From Sphagnum compactum (Eukaryota), in NCBI GenBank assembly GCA_965153455.1, contig OZ234493.1, positions 16,420,213 through 16,484,212 on the forward strand: DNA of 64,000 nt, written 5' to 3'. The notes below the pieces were generated by a model that ran no database searches, was not told where the DNA came from, and saw only the letters and a program-made list of their open reading frames with translations. Numbering within the stretch: the first letter of the stretch is position 1; each line of letters opens with the position of its first letter. A program made the position numbers and the translations under genes. Positions 1 to 13,151 of the stretch are shown in pieces.

Positions 1-31
1 ATTGGGATGGAAATGCATGAATTTGCAACAG

Positions 32-1719
32 AGCAGTGGTTGTGTCGGAGGTTTTGCCAGGCCTCCACCTATAACTGTACCTGAGAAATCTGGACCAAGG
101 AAATACCGGGGATCCAAGCGGCGAGTACGAGGCCATAGTGCTCGCCCTCCTCGGGACTGGTGGACCACAAGCTCCAACGACATGGACAGCAATGGGATGC
201 TCAACGCTCGTTCGTTTCAGAACTTCCCAATCGGCACCCACTCCATGCATTCCAACAATAACTCCAACAACTCCACCTTCGAAAATCATGGTCAGCCATT
301 TTCCACCTAATGCACATTGCTGTCATTTGGGCAGAATGTAAATGGGATATTAATCAGTACCCTTAACTGACCAACCTGAATCACAAGAGGGAATGCCTGG
401 GTGAAGAGCACTTAGTACCATTTCCTGTACCTTGACAGCAGTACTTCTTTTGAGCCAGTCAACAAAATGAAGCTTACTCTCCTCAAGCTTGTTGCAGCTT
501 GAATGAGGAAAATGTTAACTTTTGTTATTAGCTATGCCTCTCAGCCAAAATCAAGACTGAGTTTTCCCATTGCTTCGGGAAATGCAACAGAAACTGCCAA
601 GAAACAGAGCTTTGTATTTTTTTGCCCTAAGGTTTGAGAAGAAATTTGTATACACATGCACTGTTGGGAACTGATAGAATCAGTTGGGAGTAATTAGTGA
701 GTCATTGCCATTTTAATGAAAGTAGTGGTCTGATACTTGTGAGTTACAAGGGCACTCATTGTTATTGTCTTTGGTTTTAGTTTGGCTAAACTGACACATT
801 GTTTTGTCTTCAGAGTGTTTTGTGGATTTTTCTCTGCAATCTCATGAACATTCTTTTGCACTACATCACTTACATGGCTGCAGAGAGGGTTCCACACTTT
901 GTTTGTGATGGAAGACATGTATGAGGTTGGAATTTAGCAGCTTGGGGAATTTACCAAGAGTCATGTGCATTTCCTTGTAATCTGGCCCAGAATTCTGATG
1001 TGGAAAGATTGGGGTTGAGAAGCTAATGAGGGTGGCCACATATGCAGGGTTGATGTTGTGGAATGAGCAGCGGAGGGAGTGGGTGGGAACTAGGCCTAGG
1101 CATCAACCACAAGGATCCCGTGAACCCGTAATAAGGTCAACTCTTCCCCATACTGTGTGGGATGTAAACTTGTTACAGTCCAGCATAATGGGCATAGTGT
1201 GCCTGTCTATCCATACAGTTTTGCTGCACAGCAGCTTCACATAAGCTGAAACTGTTGTCACAGAACCTGTGTGGATCAATGCATGTACACTGAACTTTTG
1301 AGACTTTACTCTTTGCATTTCACACACTCAGGAACTTGTTTAAATGCCAGATGTTGTGCATTGAGAAGTCTTCTAAGTAGGGAAAGGCTCATATCAATTA
1401 TGGAGTGGCTATGGTGATACAGTTGGAGCACAACATATGAAGATTTGCTTGGCACCAGCCGCCCATTTCCAAAGCCTGTTCGTTTACCGGTACGTGTCTG
1501 TCACTTCAACAGAAAATGCTCCTCTCCTAAGTACCTAATCTTTAGCTGGTGAGTGATATTTGCTGAGTACACTCATTGTCATACTAGCCATGGTTCAGTC
1601 TCGTTTCTTCTAGGTTTGTGAGTCTTGCACCTACCTTTGGTGATTTTCTTTGTGTGCAGGAAATGGTGGACTTTTTAGTTGATGTCTGGGAGCAAGAGGG
1701 GTTATATGAATCACGATGA
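32..1719 (+). CDS. DUF4050 (Gag1-like clamp) family protein, 5' end lies outside the window; exons approx. 32-290, 1048-1135, 1423-1489, 1660-1719
   Basis: GT-AG exons join in frame: ...FENHG|LMLWNEQRREWVG...REPVIS|WSTTYEDLLGTSRPFPKPVRLP|EMVDFLVDVWEQEGLYESR*. This is the recognisable C-terminal signature of plant DUF4050 proteins. The first acceptor position is approximate. Confidence 0.88.
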
Positions 1720-3177
1720 CTGTGAGATTCTCACATGAATTCTTTGTGGTTGTCTCTTAATTCATAATCCCTTTCCTAGGGTTGGCTTGCTCACAGACAA
1801 AATGGTCACTGAAAGGGATTGTGAATGATGTGTCATTCTAGACACAGAAATGGGATGGTGGGTTTGTGAGCTGGTCTTATTTGCGTAAGTGGTGCTTCAC
1901 TGCTGTTGGGAAACAGAGGTTGCTGAATGAAACTGTTCACCTGACATCTGCTTCTTGAACTAACTTTGCATTTGCCTAGTGTACTCCCTTATGAACCAAG
2001 ATGCCAAATCTCCGCACCATCCACATTTGACCTTCTGAAAACGTTGTTTGAGAGCAGAACACATGTGATTTGCTTGGTCCTTCTGACAAAATTGCAAATA
2101 GATACCATGAAGTGTACATGAGACATACTTTGCAATAGATATATCATAAGTTGATGCAGTTGATACACAATGGTTAGCTTCTAAGTGTTTTTGCAAGTTT
2201 TTTTCCTGCAATCTGATAGATATGTTTTCTAGTGGCTAAAACAGGTGTACCACATCCAAGCAGTCACAAGTGGTGTCCTTAACTGATATGTTCATGCTGC
2301 AGGAGGCTATGTAAGCTTTTCTATTCCTTAGATGTTTTTTTGGACATAGACTGGCTAAAATGAATGGAGCCTTGTTGAAGTACAATTGCTGGTTATCGAC
2401 TCAATCAGTGCATTGGGAATTGTTATTATTGACACAGGTTCTGAACTTTAAAATAGGGAAGATATTTTGGGGCTTTCCCATGTCGAAAATTTGAAAGAAT
2501 AGAGGTTGGATTTAGAGAGAAAGGAATTGATAATTGACAAAGCTGTAGGCTTAATGGACATGAAAAGTTAATATGTCTATTTGATTTTCATTTAGTGTTA
2601 AGCAATTTTATGCCACCCTTTTGGTTTGCATGATTTCCAAAATAAAGCTGTATTGGGCTAATTTTTTCCCAGTATTTCTAAGGGTGATAGAAAGTGTGTT
2701 TTTGCTATTTGGTGTTTTTTTTTTAAGTATACGCCTTTGGCACATGTATAGTGCATGATAAGTGACAGTTGGATATTGTGAGTGTGTTCTATGTCTTCTT
2801 GTGACTTTGAAACTGTGATGATTATGACAATATATCAATTGTGAGCCATATGTTTACATGTCTAACAAATAGAATGAATATTTGAAGTGTTTATGTATCA
2901 TTAACTAGTGTAGCATGTTCCATTGAACACATATTGTAAGTTATTATTATTCAAAATTCAATAACTCCCATGGCAAAGGCCTGAAAAGTAGGAACTGACC
3001 TGTGTGACTGATCTTGTTGGGGCCCCTGCAATGGTACCAAGTGTGCACTGCCATTTTCCCTCAGATTGTATAATTTTATTTGTATTGAATTGTTGCTGGT
3101 GGAAATACTGAATTTTCAGTAACTCGTGCATTGCAGCTTTAAACATCGCAAAATCCTCTAACATTGCAGGTCTGAAC

Positions 3178-5426
3178 CAGTGTTGTGTGGGTACCCAGGT
3201 TAGTTGTGTACCCATTGTTGGTTTTGGTTTCAATTACCTGGAGTGGAAACGGACTTGGGCAGATGTGCAACTCGGTAGGAACCAGAACCGGGGTTAGGGG
3301 AGGTTAGAGGAACCAGTTGGGAGCCCCCCCTCCCCCCCCCTCAGCGTTGCTTTTTTTGTTGTTTTTGTGAACAATTGAAACGAGGCTTGGTTCTTAATTG
3401 GCCCAAAGAATCAAAACTTCCAATTAAAAAAAATAATAAATACTAGTTCCAATTTCAGGTTAAGGGTTTTCCTTAGGAGTTAGGGTGGCGAGTAGTTGTC
3501 AAAGGTTGAAACTTGAAGCTGTTTTTTAGGGGTGTATTTTTCTTGTTGTTACTTATTACACCATTGCCAACGTCTTCATGATTCTTTTATCATGTTAGTG
3601 CTAGTGGTGGTATTCTTTTCACTGTTGTAGTTCATGCTAGTGATTGGTGGTTATGGTGTTCTTATCGTTGTTGTAGCTTTGCCTTTGCCTAAGTTTGCTA
3701 TCACCCTTTTGATCTTGATGATAAGACAATCTTGCTTGTTTTGATAGTTTTCTTATTGTTGCAAGTAGGAATTATCGCCATCACCTTTGTAATTTGGATG
3801 ATTTCGTGATTTGCTCATTGTCGTGGTCTTTTTGTTGTTTTAACCAACAATTGTCACCATCACCCTTTTAATTTGATGATCTCATGGTCATGTTCATCAT
3901 CATTGTCTTCTCATAACTAGCAATTGTCATCATCACTTTCTTGATCTTGGTCATTTTTTGGTCTTGATTTTCAATTGTGATGATTATATTGTTTTTCATA
4001 CTCCTTGTTATAGCCAACATTTAACCATTCTTGGTTATCTTTTGATTATTTGAGTGTTTTAAGGTTTAATGCCATGGAGGATTCCTAGATTCCTCTAGAG
4101 GAGGTGATATTTCTAATCAAGAACCTTTCTTTTCATTTATGTTTTCTTTTCAATCTTAGAAAAATCACAATATGGCAAGAAGAGAGTTTTTCATAATGTA
4201 AATGAGTACAATAGATAGGTATTGTTCCTATTCCGTGGTTGTGTATACAAGTCTTTTAATTCAATTAATGTGAATGAAAAATTTCAAGATCAAGAAAGTC
4301 ACTAAAAAGGAATGCAAAGATCCACTTGCATGGTGGAAAGCCCATGAAATACATTATTCTATGTTGAGTTTGTAGCCTAACAAACTTTGGGGATTCTTGG
4401 CTCTCAAATTGAGGTGAAAAAATACAAATATTTGCACTAACATAAGGTGCTTTCAATTGGGCATAAACAATTTTGAAGTGCTTAAAAGCATCTACAAGTA
4501 TTGACCTAATGATGCCCATGTTAGTAGTTTTCCATCCACGAAGAAATTCATGAAAATGGAAGAAACCTTAATGGATAAAAGTGAAGATGTGATTACATCA
4601 CATTTGGGCTCTTGGAGTTGGATGAAAACAACAATAGGGTTCAAATACGTTTTGTTTTTGTTTCTTGCATATTTTTTGTCTCTTATTTTTTCAAGTTTAA
4701 TGGTCATGTTTATCAAAGTTGATCTAATCAATGTGTTGTTTTCAATTGTCATAGATCTTTGGATTGATGCCCAAAACAAAGTTGACACTTTATGGCCCAA
4801 ACCTTAGGAATTGGATGTGATGTAACCTAAAAATTTGCTAAGTTTCAAGTTTTTTTTGTTTATTCCTTGTTATGCCACTTTGAATTTGAGTTTGATTATT
4901 CTCTTTTGATTTTGACAAAGAAAGGGCATAATGTTAGGGTTTTTTTAGCTCAAAATTGGGTCAAAGTTTTGGGGTTTTGGAGTAAGAGGTTTGATGGGCC
5001 AAATAGGGAAGACTTTGGGTACGAATTGAAGAGTATTTGAAGTTTCTTTAGGGTTGAATTAAGGCAAAAAAGGGGTGGATTTGGGGGTGGTCAAGGGAGT
5101 TTTAAAGGTTGAATTCAAGGGTGGTAAGACCCACATTTCAAAGTTAGCATAAAAGTGCATGAGACATGAAAACATGAAACCAATTGGCATTAAAAAAGAT
5201 AGTGATCCATTAGAAACTATTACTATAGTTTTAAAACTTAAAAGGATATTAGTTATGCTTAATTTGGCGTTATCAAAGTTTTGTAACAATTTGAAATTTT
5301 TCATAAATATTTTATTTTTTCCATTGTTTCCAATGATGTTTGGCATGGTGACACCTAACCGAAAGATTATCCGGAAACTTTCCAAAACTAAGGTTTTTAC
5401 TAAAACTTAAAAACTGCACAACATTG
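3178..5426 (+). mobile_element. Defective hAT DNA transposon with transposase C-terminal remnant
   Basis: TIRs CAGTGTTGTG (3178) / CACAACATTG (ends 5426). Flanking 8-bp TSD GTCTGAAC / GTTTGAAC (7/8 match). Frameshifted KDPLAWWKAHE...LGILGSQIEV...IYKY*PND at about 4316-4515 resembles the hAT dimerisation domain. Confidence 0.85.
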
Positions 5427-8400
5427 GTTTGAACTCTAAACATTTTAAACTTTGCTCATTGCATTTTTGTTTATTTAGGGCTTTTTATTTATACCAACAA
5501 CATGGTAGTCAAGGGCCTATGGTTTGAGAAATATTAACATGACAAAATAAACACACTACCTTCCTTAATATTAAAACTTCAATTTGTGAATATCGTACCT
5601 ACAATTAGTGTCTGACACTTCTTTATCAATTATTTAGTTATTTAAAAATGTGAGGTTCAACTGGTTCAAATTTAATTTTATAGAATTTTAACAATTGAAC
5701 AATAAATATGCAAAATACATCTTGTGTTATGCATTTGTCATCACAACCCAATGATCTTCAATTTTCAACAAGTCTAACTGATATTGATAAAACTTTATTT
5801 ATTTTTCAATTAGACCTTTTGCGAATTATTTTGCATTGAGCATTAGTTGTAGGTACAATAATGGAAGCTAATATGTGTGGCATAAAGACCTTGAAAAGGA
5901 GTGGATATAAGCATAGGACTTGAATTCCTATAATAAGCCCATTCAATGTCCTTACTTGGCACAAGAATTAATATTTTTGTTTTCATAAATGGATGGTCTT
6001 GATTCATTTGAGAGGATAAGAGGCTTTGTCGAAATATGAATTGTATTAAGTGTAAGGTGCCCTCCACATTCATTATAATTTTTTGGTTAATCCTTATGAT
6101 TGCATAATGTTATTTTCCATTATTTTGTTTCACATGATACAAAACATGATTGTGAACAATGTTGTTTTTAAGAAGAATTGTTTATAGTTAAAGTAGTGAT
6201 TATTCATTGGAAGATATTAAAAAAGTGATGATCAACCCTTAGAAGATTTAATCAAACTTGGGTATTAAAAAAAAATTACAAATCTTTCTATATGTTTGGT
6301 GATACAACAAAAACCACATACACCAATCTAGTAAAAAAATATTTCTCACTTTTGGTGATTGGAAGCCTTTAAAACAATTTTTCCAATTTTAAAATTTAAT
6401 TTCACATTAAAAAAGAGTTGATGATGAGTGGGAAAAATTTACCTTTCAAATTGATTGAATTGAATGTTGTTTGATAAATCCATGTGAAATGTTCTTTAAC
6501 TAGAGATAGTTTTATGTTGGTTTTTCATGTCAATAAAGGTCCCATGAATCATTGTTTATAAAAGAAAGATGAAATTTCATTAAGGCTAAATATGAACAAA
6601 CATTAAAGGTTTGTGTGAAATTCCATCTTTCCTTTTTGGTTATAATTCACTGTTTACATTCTAGTGATGATAGTTCATCAAAGTTGGTTTAGGCATAACA
6701 ACTTTGTATTTCATAAGTCATAAGTCGTCACTTGGATAATTCCAAACTAAAAGATGTTTAGCCCATTCCCAAGTAACAAGGCATGAAAAGGTGTTTCTTT
6801 GAATTTGTATGTTTTAAAAAAAAATCTAAAACTATATTCACAAGTAGATCTTCAATACCTTCTCCACCAATTTGCATCTCATTTGTCTTCATTTGAATTT
6901 GAATATCAATTCAAAATGCATGCAATGTCATTCAATGTTTTCATTCAAATGGAATTTAATTTCCACAAAATCGATTCATTTTTCTTATCAATTCATTAGT
7001 TGATCATCATTGGTAGTGCACAACAACATGGAGCCCAAGTTTGATGAATTAAATCATTTTAACACGTGAAATGGTTAATATTCAAGGTTGAGATTTAATA
7101 TGGTAAACTTTTTGTGTAATTTTCAAATTGAAGTTAGAATTATTTAATATTTTGATGAAAGTAGGAAAACAATGAACTAATATTTTTGGCACAAATTTTC
7201 ACAATAAAATCATTGTTCATGACTCCATTATATTGATGTAGAAGTGACAATTGAGAATTAGTGAAAGGTTAAAGTCATTTGATACCTTTCAAACCTTTTA
7301 TGAATGGAAAAAAGACCAAGAATGTCTTACATTCAATAAGATCAATTGTTATTGCATCAAGAATATTGGTTTGGTAACATAGTCAACAAGGTCAAACAAA
7401 TTTTATCATTTGTAATGTTGCAATTAACATACATTGTAAACTCTAATGTATCTTATATGTCCTATTTTTCTTTTGAGCTTCACATTTGAAAGCCATGCTA
7501 TTGCAATTGGTAATGACTAGCACTAAGGCCTTAAACTATAAAAGCCAATGTCCACCTAGGTATTGGCATGTTGGCCATGGTCTTGTGCCCTTGTCCACAT
7601 ACCCTTGGCCATTTGAACATTGCCTTTTTCAACTTTTCAACTCCTCCCTAGCCATTGTGCCATTATTGATAATGAGGCATGGCAAAAGGATCAACAATGG
7701 CATTTGAAATCAACAAAAAAAATTGTCTTATTATTACACAAAGGATTTGTTTTTAAATTATCAATGCAATTATTGATGCATTTTTATGTTTTGGGGTTAT
7801 TTTGCAAGATCTTTCACACAAAATAAACACGGAGTTTTGTTAAATTTGACCTTACAAGGTTCTTTCATAAAATGGGCTTTGACATTTTAAGTATTTTGAT
7901 CTAAGTTGGGCACTTAAGAAGGTTACAAAATGTTGAAAAAGACAACAATTGAAAGAGGTTATCCTTGTTAACAAATGAATGGTCCATAATGTCAAGTCAT
8001 ACACATCATATTGACGTGGATTGGGGTAGTTGAAGAATAAGAAAAATGGCTAATGATTTCAAAAGGTTTGCCTTTTCTTCTTTGACATGTCTTTTTGTTG
8101 ATGTCAATGGAAGGTGATGACTAATAGAAGTGTTTTGCAAGTATTTCAAAGGTGGACATTACATGGAATAGACACATTCAAAATGGAAACAAAGAATGTA
8201 AATAAGTTATAGTCATGATAAAAGTTGAGGGTTGAAGACAAGTCAATTCTCATTGGGAAACATCCACACCCACAAAGAATGTCACTATGTGAAGATGTTT
8301 CAATGACAAGATAGTGTGACCAAAAAAGGAGTTGAAAGTCTTGTGTTGAAAATTCAGGACTCTCTTGATGACAAAAGCTCTCCTCACAAAGGATTCAACT

Positions 8401-9275
8401 CAGAAGATACATACCACTTAGTCATTAGAATCCCTATTTTCATAAATCATTCCAACATAACACACATTTTCACCAAAATTTGACAAAATGCCCCAAGCCT
8501 CATCACGATCAGACCTATGAAAAAATTCACAAACATGTTTCATTACATTCAACAAAGGATCATTGTGCATAACTCTACACTTGCACATGCTTGAGACACT
8601 ACAAAACTATGTTTCCTTCGCAATCTTGCATAGTAAAATAATTGTCAATTGTCAATCATGAATTTTTGCCAAAAAAGTGCACATCCAAAATAGAAAATAA
8701 GAATTACACTATATGGTAACAACAACAACCCTAACCATATTTTGGTGTTACAATAGTAAAATAATGGATGGATGATTTATATGACATAGCATTTCAAAGT
8801 ATTGGTGGATTTGTGTGCTGGATGTAATCATAAGGCAAAATGTTCATTAAACTCGCATTTTGGAACAAGATCCTAAATGGGACACAACATAGCACCTTTG
8901 GCAAAAATTATATTATTTTAGAAATGCTGAGGTTTAAGGAAAAACTTGCCAAGGAAAATGAAGGGTCTTTTAAAAAATGGAATCTTCAAAATGAAGACAA
9001 ATGTGTGTTGATCAGTGGCTTTTTTTTGGGTTGAATTTTTGCACTGTGGTGAGAAGAAAAAACTATGTGCAAATTATACAAACTTCAAACAAGTATTTTT
9101 TGGGGAACTTTTTTGCAAAAGTCGTCTTATTTTGAGGGACAAGAGTCAGAAGTCACTGCATCTAGACGCGGAGTTCATAGAAGTCACCAGATCAACGCAC
9201 GATTCTGGTATTGTGAAAAAATTGGACTTTCTTGCCTGAGCTCTTCTCAAGGATGATCACCAGTCCACAGAACTA

Positions 9276-9590
9276 ACAAGGGGTGCACCACAGTGTGGGC
9301 TTGCCATTCACATTAAAAAGTTATCCTAAGGCAAAAGAAGAATTATGAAAACTCAAATATTTCATCATACAAAAACATAATCTTCCAAAAATGCTCTAAA
9401 AGAAAACAAAATTCTTCAAGATATTATAACTCTATAACAAATCTCAAGTTTCAACACAAGCCAAAACACGATCTTTCAGAAATCCTCATATAAAAATAGA
9501 CCTATTACCCAGGAGCCAAAATCCATTAAGCTACTATACCCTATAATGAATCTGAACACAATATCCTTGCCTACCAAGGCAAGACCAGCA
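9276..9590. repeat. Dispersed ~300-bp repeat (MITE-like), copy 1
   Basis: Colinear similarity to 48108-48424 (ttgccatt[c/t]acattaaaaag...aaactcaaatatttca...tctcaagttt...caagccaaaac...aatcctcatat...ggcaa). Confidence 0.75.
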
Positions 9591-10637
9591 AAATTGAAAA
9601 AAAGAAAAGAAAAGAGAAATCCTGGTGCTGATTTGCTGAAGCTGCCCCTGCACTAGGGGTCGTAGGTGTATACTTTGGCTTTCCATAGACATTCGTGTTT
9701 TTGTTCATCCTCTTTCACTTAGTTTAGGGCACTTTTTTTCTTCATTTCATGGCTCCTTTCCTTTTATTCCAATTCTAACTATGATGAGTACTATTGAGCT
9801 TTGTTGCTATCTGTTGCTCATTCTTGAGGATCATTGAATATGAAAGAAGTTAGGCTCCATTGAGCATTCTCTTGTCCTCATTGAACCTTTGCTTCCATCA
9901 AAGGAAGCCCATTCCAAACACACACACAAAACTTTTGAAATGATCTTTGGAAACATCAACCTGGAACAAGTTCAACAACCATTTTGGGGAGATGCATGGG
10001 ACAAAGTTCAAAACCATTTCCTGACTTTCTTGAGAACCATCAATGGGAAGTTAACTATTACCATGTAGACACTATGGGCACAATCTTAGTAAATTTAAGA
10101 GACCCGTTGATAAATACCACTAGTTCGAAATTCATACAACACCCATTCAGCATTTTTTTTGTGCAGAATTTCGCACAAGTGAAGAACTATGAAAATGGAT
10201 TATAATTTTACATATTTTCTTTTTTGAGAAATAAAACTCCAATTTCTTTTCAAGTACTGAAAAAATTACATCACATTTTCACTTGGATTTTAGAGGCAGA
10301 AGCATTTTGTCTGACCAGCTTTTTACATTTTGAGCAAGCTTTATAGACATGTTGTCATTCAATGCTAAATCTCTCTTCGGATGCTTGCACATGACCTAAC
10401 ATTAAGAATTTGGAAAAACAGAACACTCTCACACCAATGGACACAAATTCACACACAAAATCAACAAATGGACATCTTGTTTACAAGAGAGAAGCATGGC
10501 TGGGTGAATTGATCAAAGTAAAGTAAATCACCCTGTGAAAAGGAATTAAACGGAACCCATAAAAAGATTGAAAATTTAAACCCAGTAATTAAGCCAAAGT
10601 CGAATACTTGTTATATTTGGTTCTCTCCTACCAATTT

Positions 10638-10990
10638 GAGCTCCACACTGCTGCACACTACGAGTGAGAAGATCCACTATTTTATTTTTTTCTTATGTTT
10701 TCGTATAGTATTCTATAATTTATTTTTTTTTCAATGTCAAGTTTAATTTATATCAATATACATTTCATGGGGATGTTAATTTATTTTTTCATATCCATGT
10801 TGATGGATAGGGAAAAAGAGTGAGGTAATTATAAAATGGAGATAGTTATTAGAAAAGGTGAGAGATAATTATTAAAAAAGTTAACAAAAAAGAAGTAATT
10901 ATTTTTTTAAAAAAAGTAATTAAGTTTGAAAATGAGGTATTATTTCTGAAATTGCCTTTGGAATGATCCATGGACAACCATAGAGAGGAT
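10638..10990. repeat. Dispersed MITE-like repeat end, inverted copy at 32130-32458
   Basis: atccatgttgatggatagggaaaaagagtgaggtaattataaaat... matches the reverse complement of 32250-32312. The terminal motif gagctccacactgctgcacacta also appears in reverse orientation near 7012-7037 and 32430-32456. Confidence 0.7.
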
Positions 10991-11393
10991 TCCAAAAAAA
11001 TCCCTTATATACCAGTTCTGATTACTGGTCACTGGAATAACAAAATAGATTATGCTTAAATCATGCTTAAATCATGCTCTCGCTACAACAAACATCTTTA
11101 CATATATTTAAGTGTAGGGATGGGTACTTTACGAAAGTAATGGACCTTAAGGTGCCTACTCCTTAAGAATGGGTGGGGGAGGGGGATCTTACACCTATAA
11201 AGAACATGCATAATTTAAGTGTAGGTAAAACATTAGGATAGGTGCTCTACAAAAATAAGGGACCTTGAGACGAGAGCCAATTAGGCAGATGATGACCAGA
11301 ACCAGGTCATTTGGTCAGAACTAGGCCACTCACTTCTCAGGGTTGAGGGTCCTCCCAATGGCCATTACCCAACACATAAGTAATTACATTGGC

Positions 11394-12330
11394 TAGGGCA
11401 ACAATTAAATTTTTTTAAATATATATTTCCTCAAACTGAACTACAGCTGGGATGAGGGCAACAAGCTCAAAACTTAATTACATAAGGTATGGTAGGTAGT
11501 ACCTTAACCATTCCTTTCATTTTCTTGCCAAATATTTATTTATTTCTTGTTTTTTCATTCCTGCAATAACAATAAGAATTTCCTAAAATTCTGGGTACTT
11601 TCAAAGACCTGGCCATTTAAACATGGAAATAAATAGATAAATATTTATTTATTTATTTACCATGTACAATAACCAACAATGTAATTTTTGTAGAACTTCC
11701 CGCATTGTGGACACCTAATTTTGGAAAAAATCAGCATTATTGAAAATAATTTAATTATTGCTGGAATGGTAAAGTTGTTACAGTAGTACCTAACATAGGA
11801 TAGGGCAACAATTAAATTTTTTTTAAAAAAGTTTTCCTAAAATTGAACTTACAGCTGGGATGAGGGAAAAAAAATGTCCAAAACATAAATCACACTACTG
11901 TAATATAGGGGCAGCTTCAGCACAAATCTGTTGATTAATTAATTAATTAATCAAGTAATGAAGATTCCATTCCAAAAAAAAGCATTTCAAAAGATTCTTC
12001 GATTTTCCGTCACCAAAAAAAAAATTTTTGAGGGAAAAAAAGGTTAAATTTTCAGCATTTCAAGAAAAAAAAAGTAATTTAAAATTTGAAATTTTCCTAA
12101 AAATGACCCACAGCTGGGATGAGGGAAAAAATGCCAAAAACTTAATTACACTATTGCAGTACAGGGGCCGCTTCAACACATGTCTACCAAGTAATTAATT
12201 AATTTTGAAGATTCCATTTAGAAAAAAATAAGGAGTACATACTTCAAAAAGATTGTTCAATTTTCCATCACAAAAATGTGTTCTTCCAGAAAAAAAATTA
12301 AAAATTAAAAAAAAATTCAGCATTTCTAAA
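11394..12330. repeat. Three imperfect local direct repeats containing ACAGCTGGGATGAGGG
   Basis: Core acagctgggatgaggg...aaaac[t/a]taa[t/a]t[t/c]aca at about 11443, 11851 and 12109. Copies 2 and 3 share a further ~150 bp (gggg[c]a/cgcttca...gaagattccatt...). Confidence 0.75.
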
Positions 12331-13151
12331 GATAATATAATTTTGTGCCGAAACAAGCCGCCAAGAGGTACCTACTATGGTAGTCAACAAGCATAATAAT
12401 AATTAATAATTAATAATTAATAAGATGAGGTTGTTGGGATGACGCTCCAAGAGTAGGTAAGCACCAAATTTGGCCCCACCACAAAGGGGCCAAAATTGGC
12501 ACCAGCTCAAAAAGGTGGGGAGCGAATGATTGAAACAGAGAAAGGAGAGAAAGGACCTCTGTACATAGTTTGCTCTTGTCGCAATTCTAGGTCGTATCGT
12601 GTATCTTCCGCATCTTCTCGTCATTCAATTCTGTTCGTAGCAATCGATCGAGTTTAGGTGGATCCTGTTGTTGTTGTTGTTGCGCCGCATCTTTCTCTCA
12701 CACCGATCGTCTTATGGTTCCATTCAGCTGCAATAATTTAATTTTTTCTTTCTAAAAAGAGCTCTGTTTTTTCCTTCTCTTGTGTAGCAGCAGCAGCAGC
12801 AGAAGCACTGTGTTTGTTTGTTTTTTCTTCGAAGTTTGTTTTGTGGATCTCAGAAAACGGTGGATTGGGTTTTTTGTTGGTGGTAGTGTTCTTCTTCTCG
12901 TGTAGTGTTTTTTTTTTTTCCGGTGGTGGTAGTAGTAGTGATGAGCTAGCTGTGGCTGGAAACTGCACCTCCAGTATGAGGAAGAGGAGTATTTTTCGGT
13001 GCTGGCAATGTGGGAGGGGTGATAGGGAATTGGAGAAGGAAGAGAACTTGGTAGGGGAGGAGACAAGGATATAAAGCAGAAGAAAGATGGTGATAGGAGT
13101 TTTGTCTCGGTTAAAAGAGTTTTTTCTTGCGCTGAGATTTTTTTAGAATAA

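Noticed and set aside
12738-13074. Overlapping 76-104 aa ORFs on both strands
   Set aside because: Low-complexity microsatellite leader sequence; only the ATG-initiated uORFs were retained.
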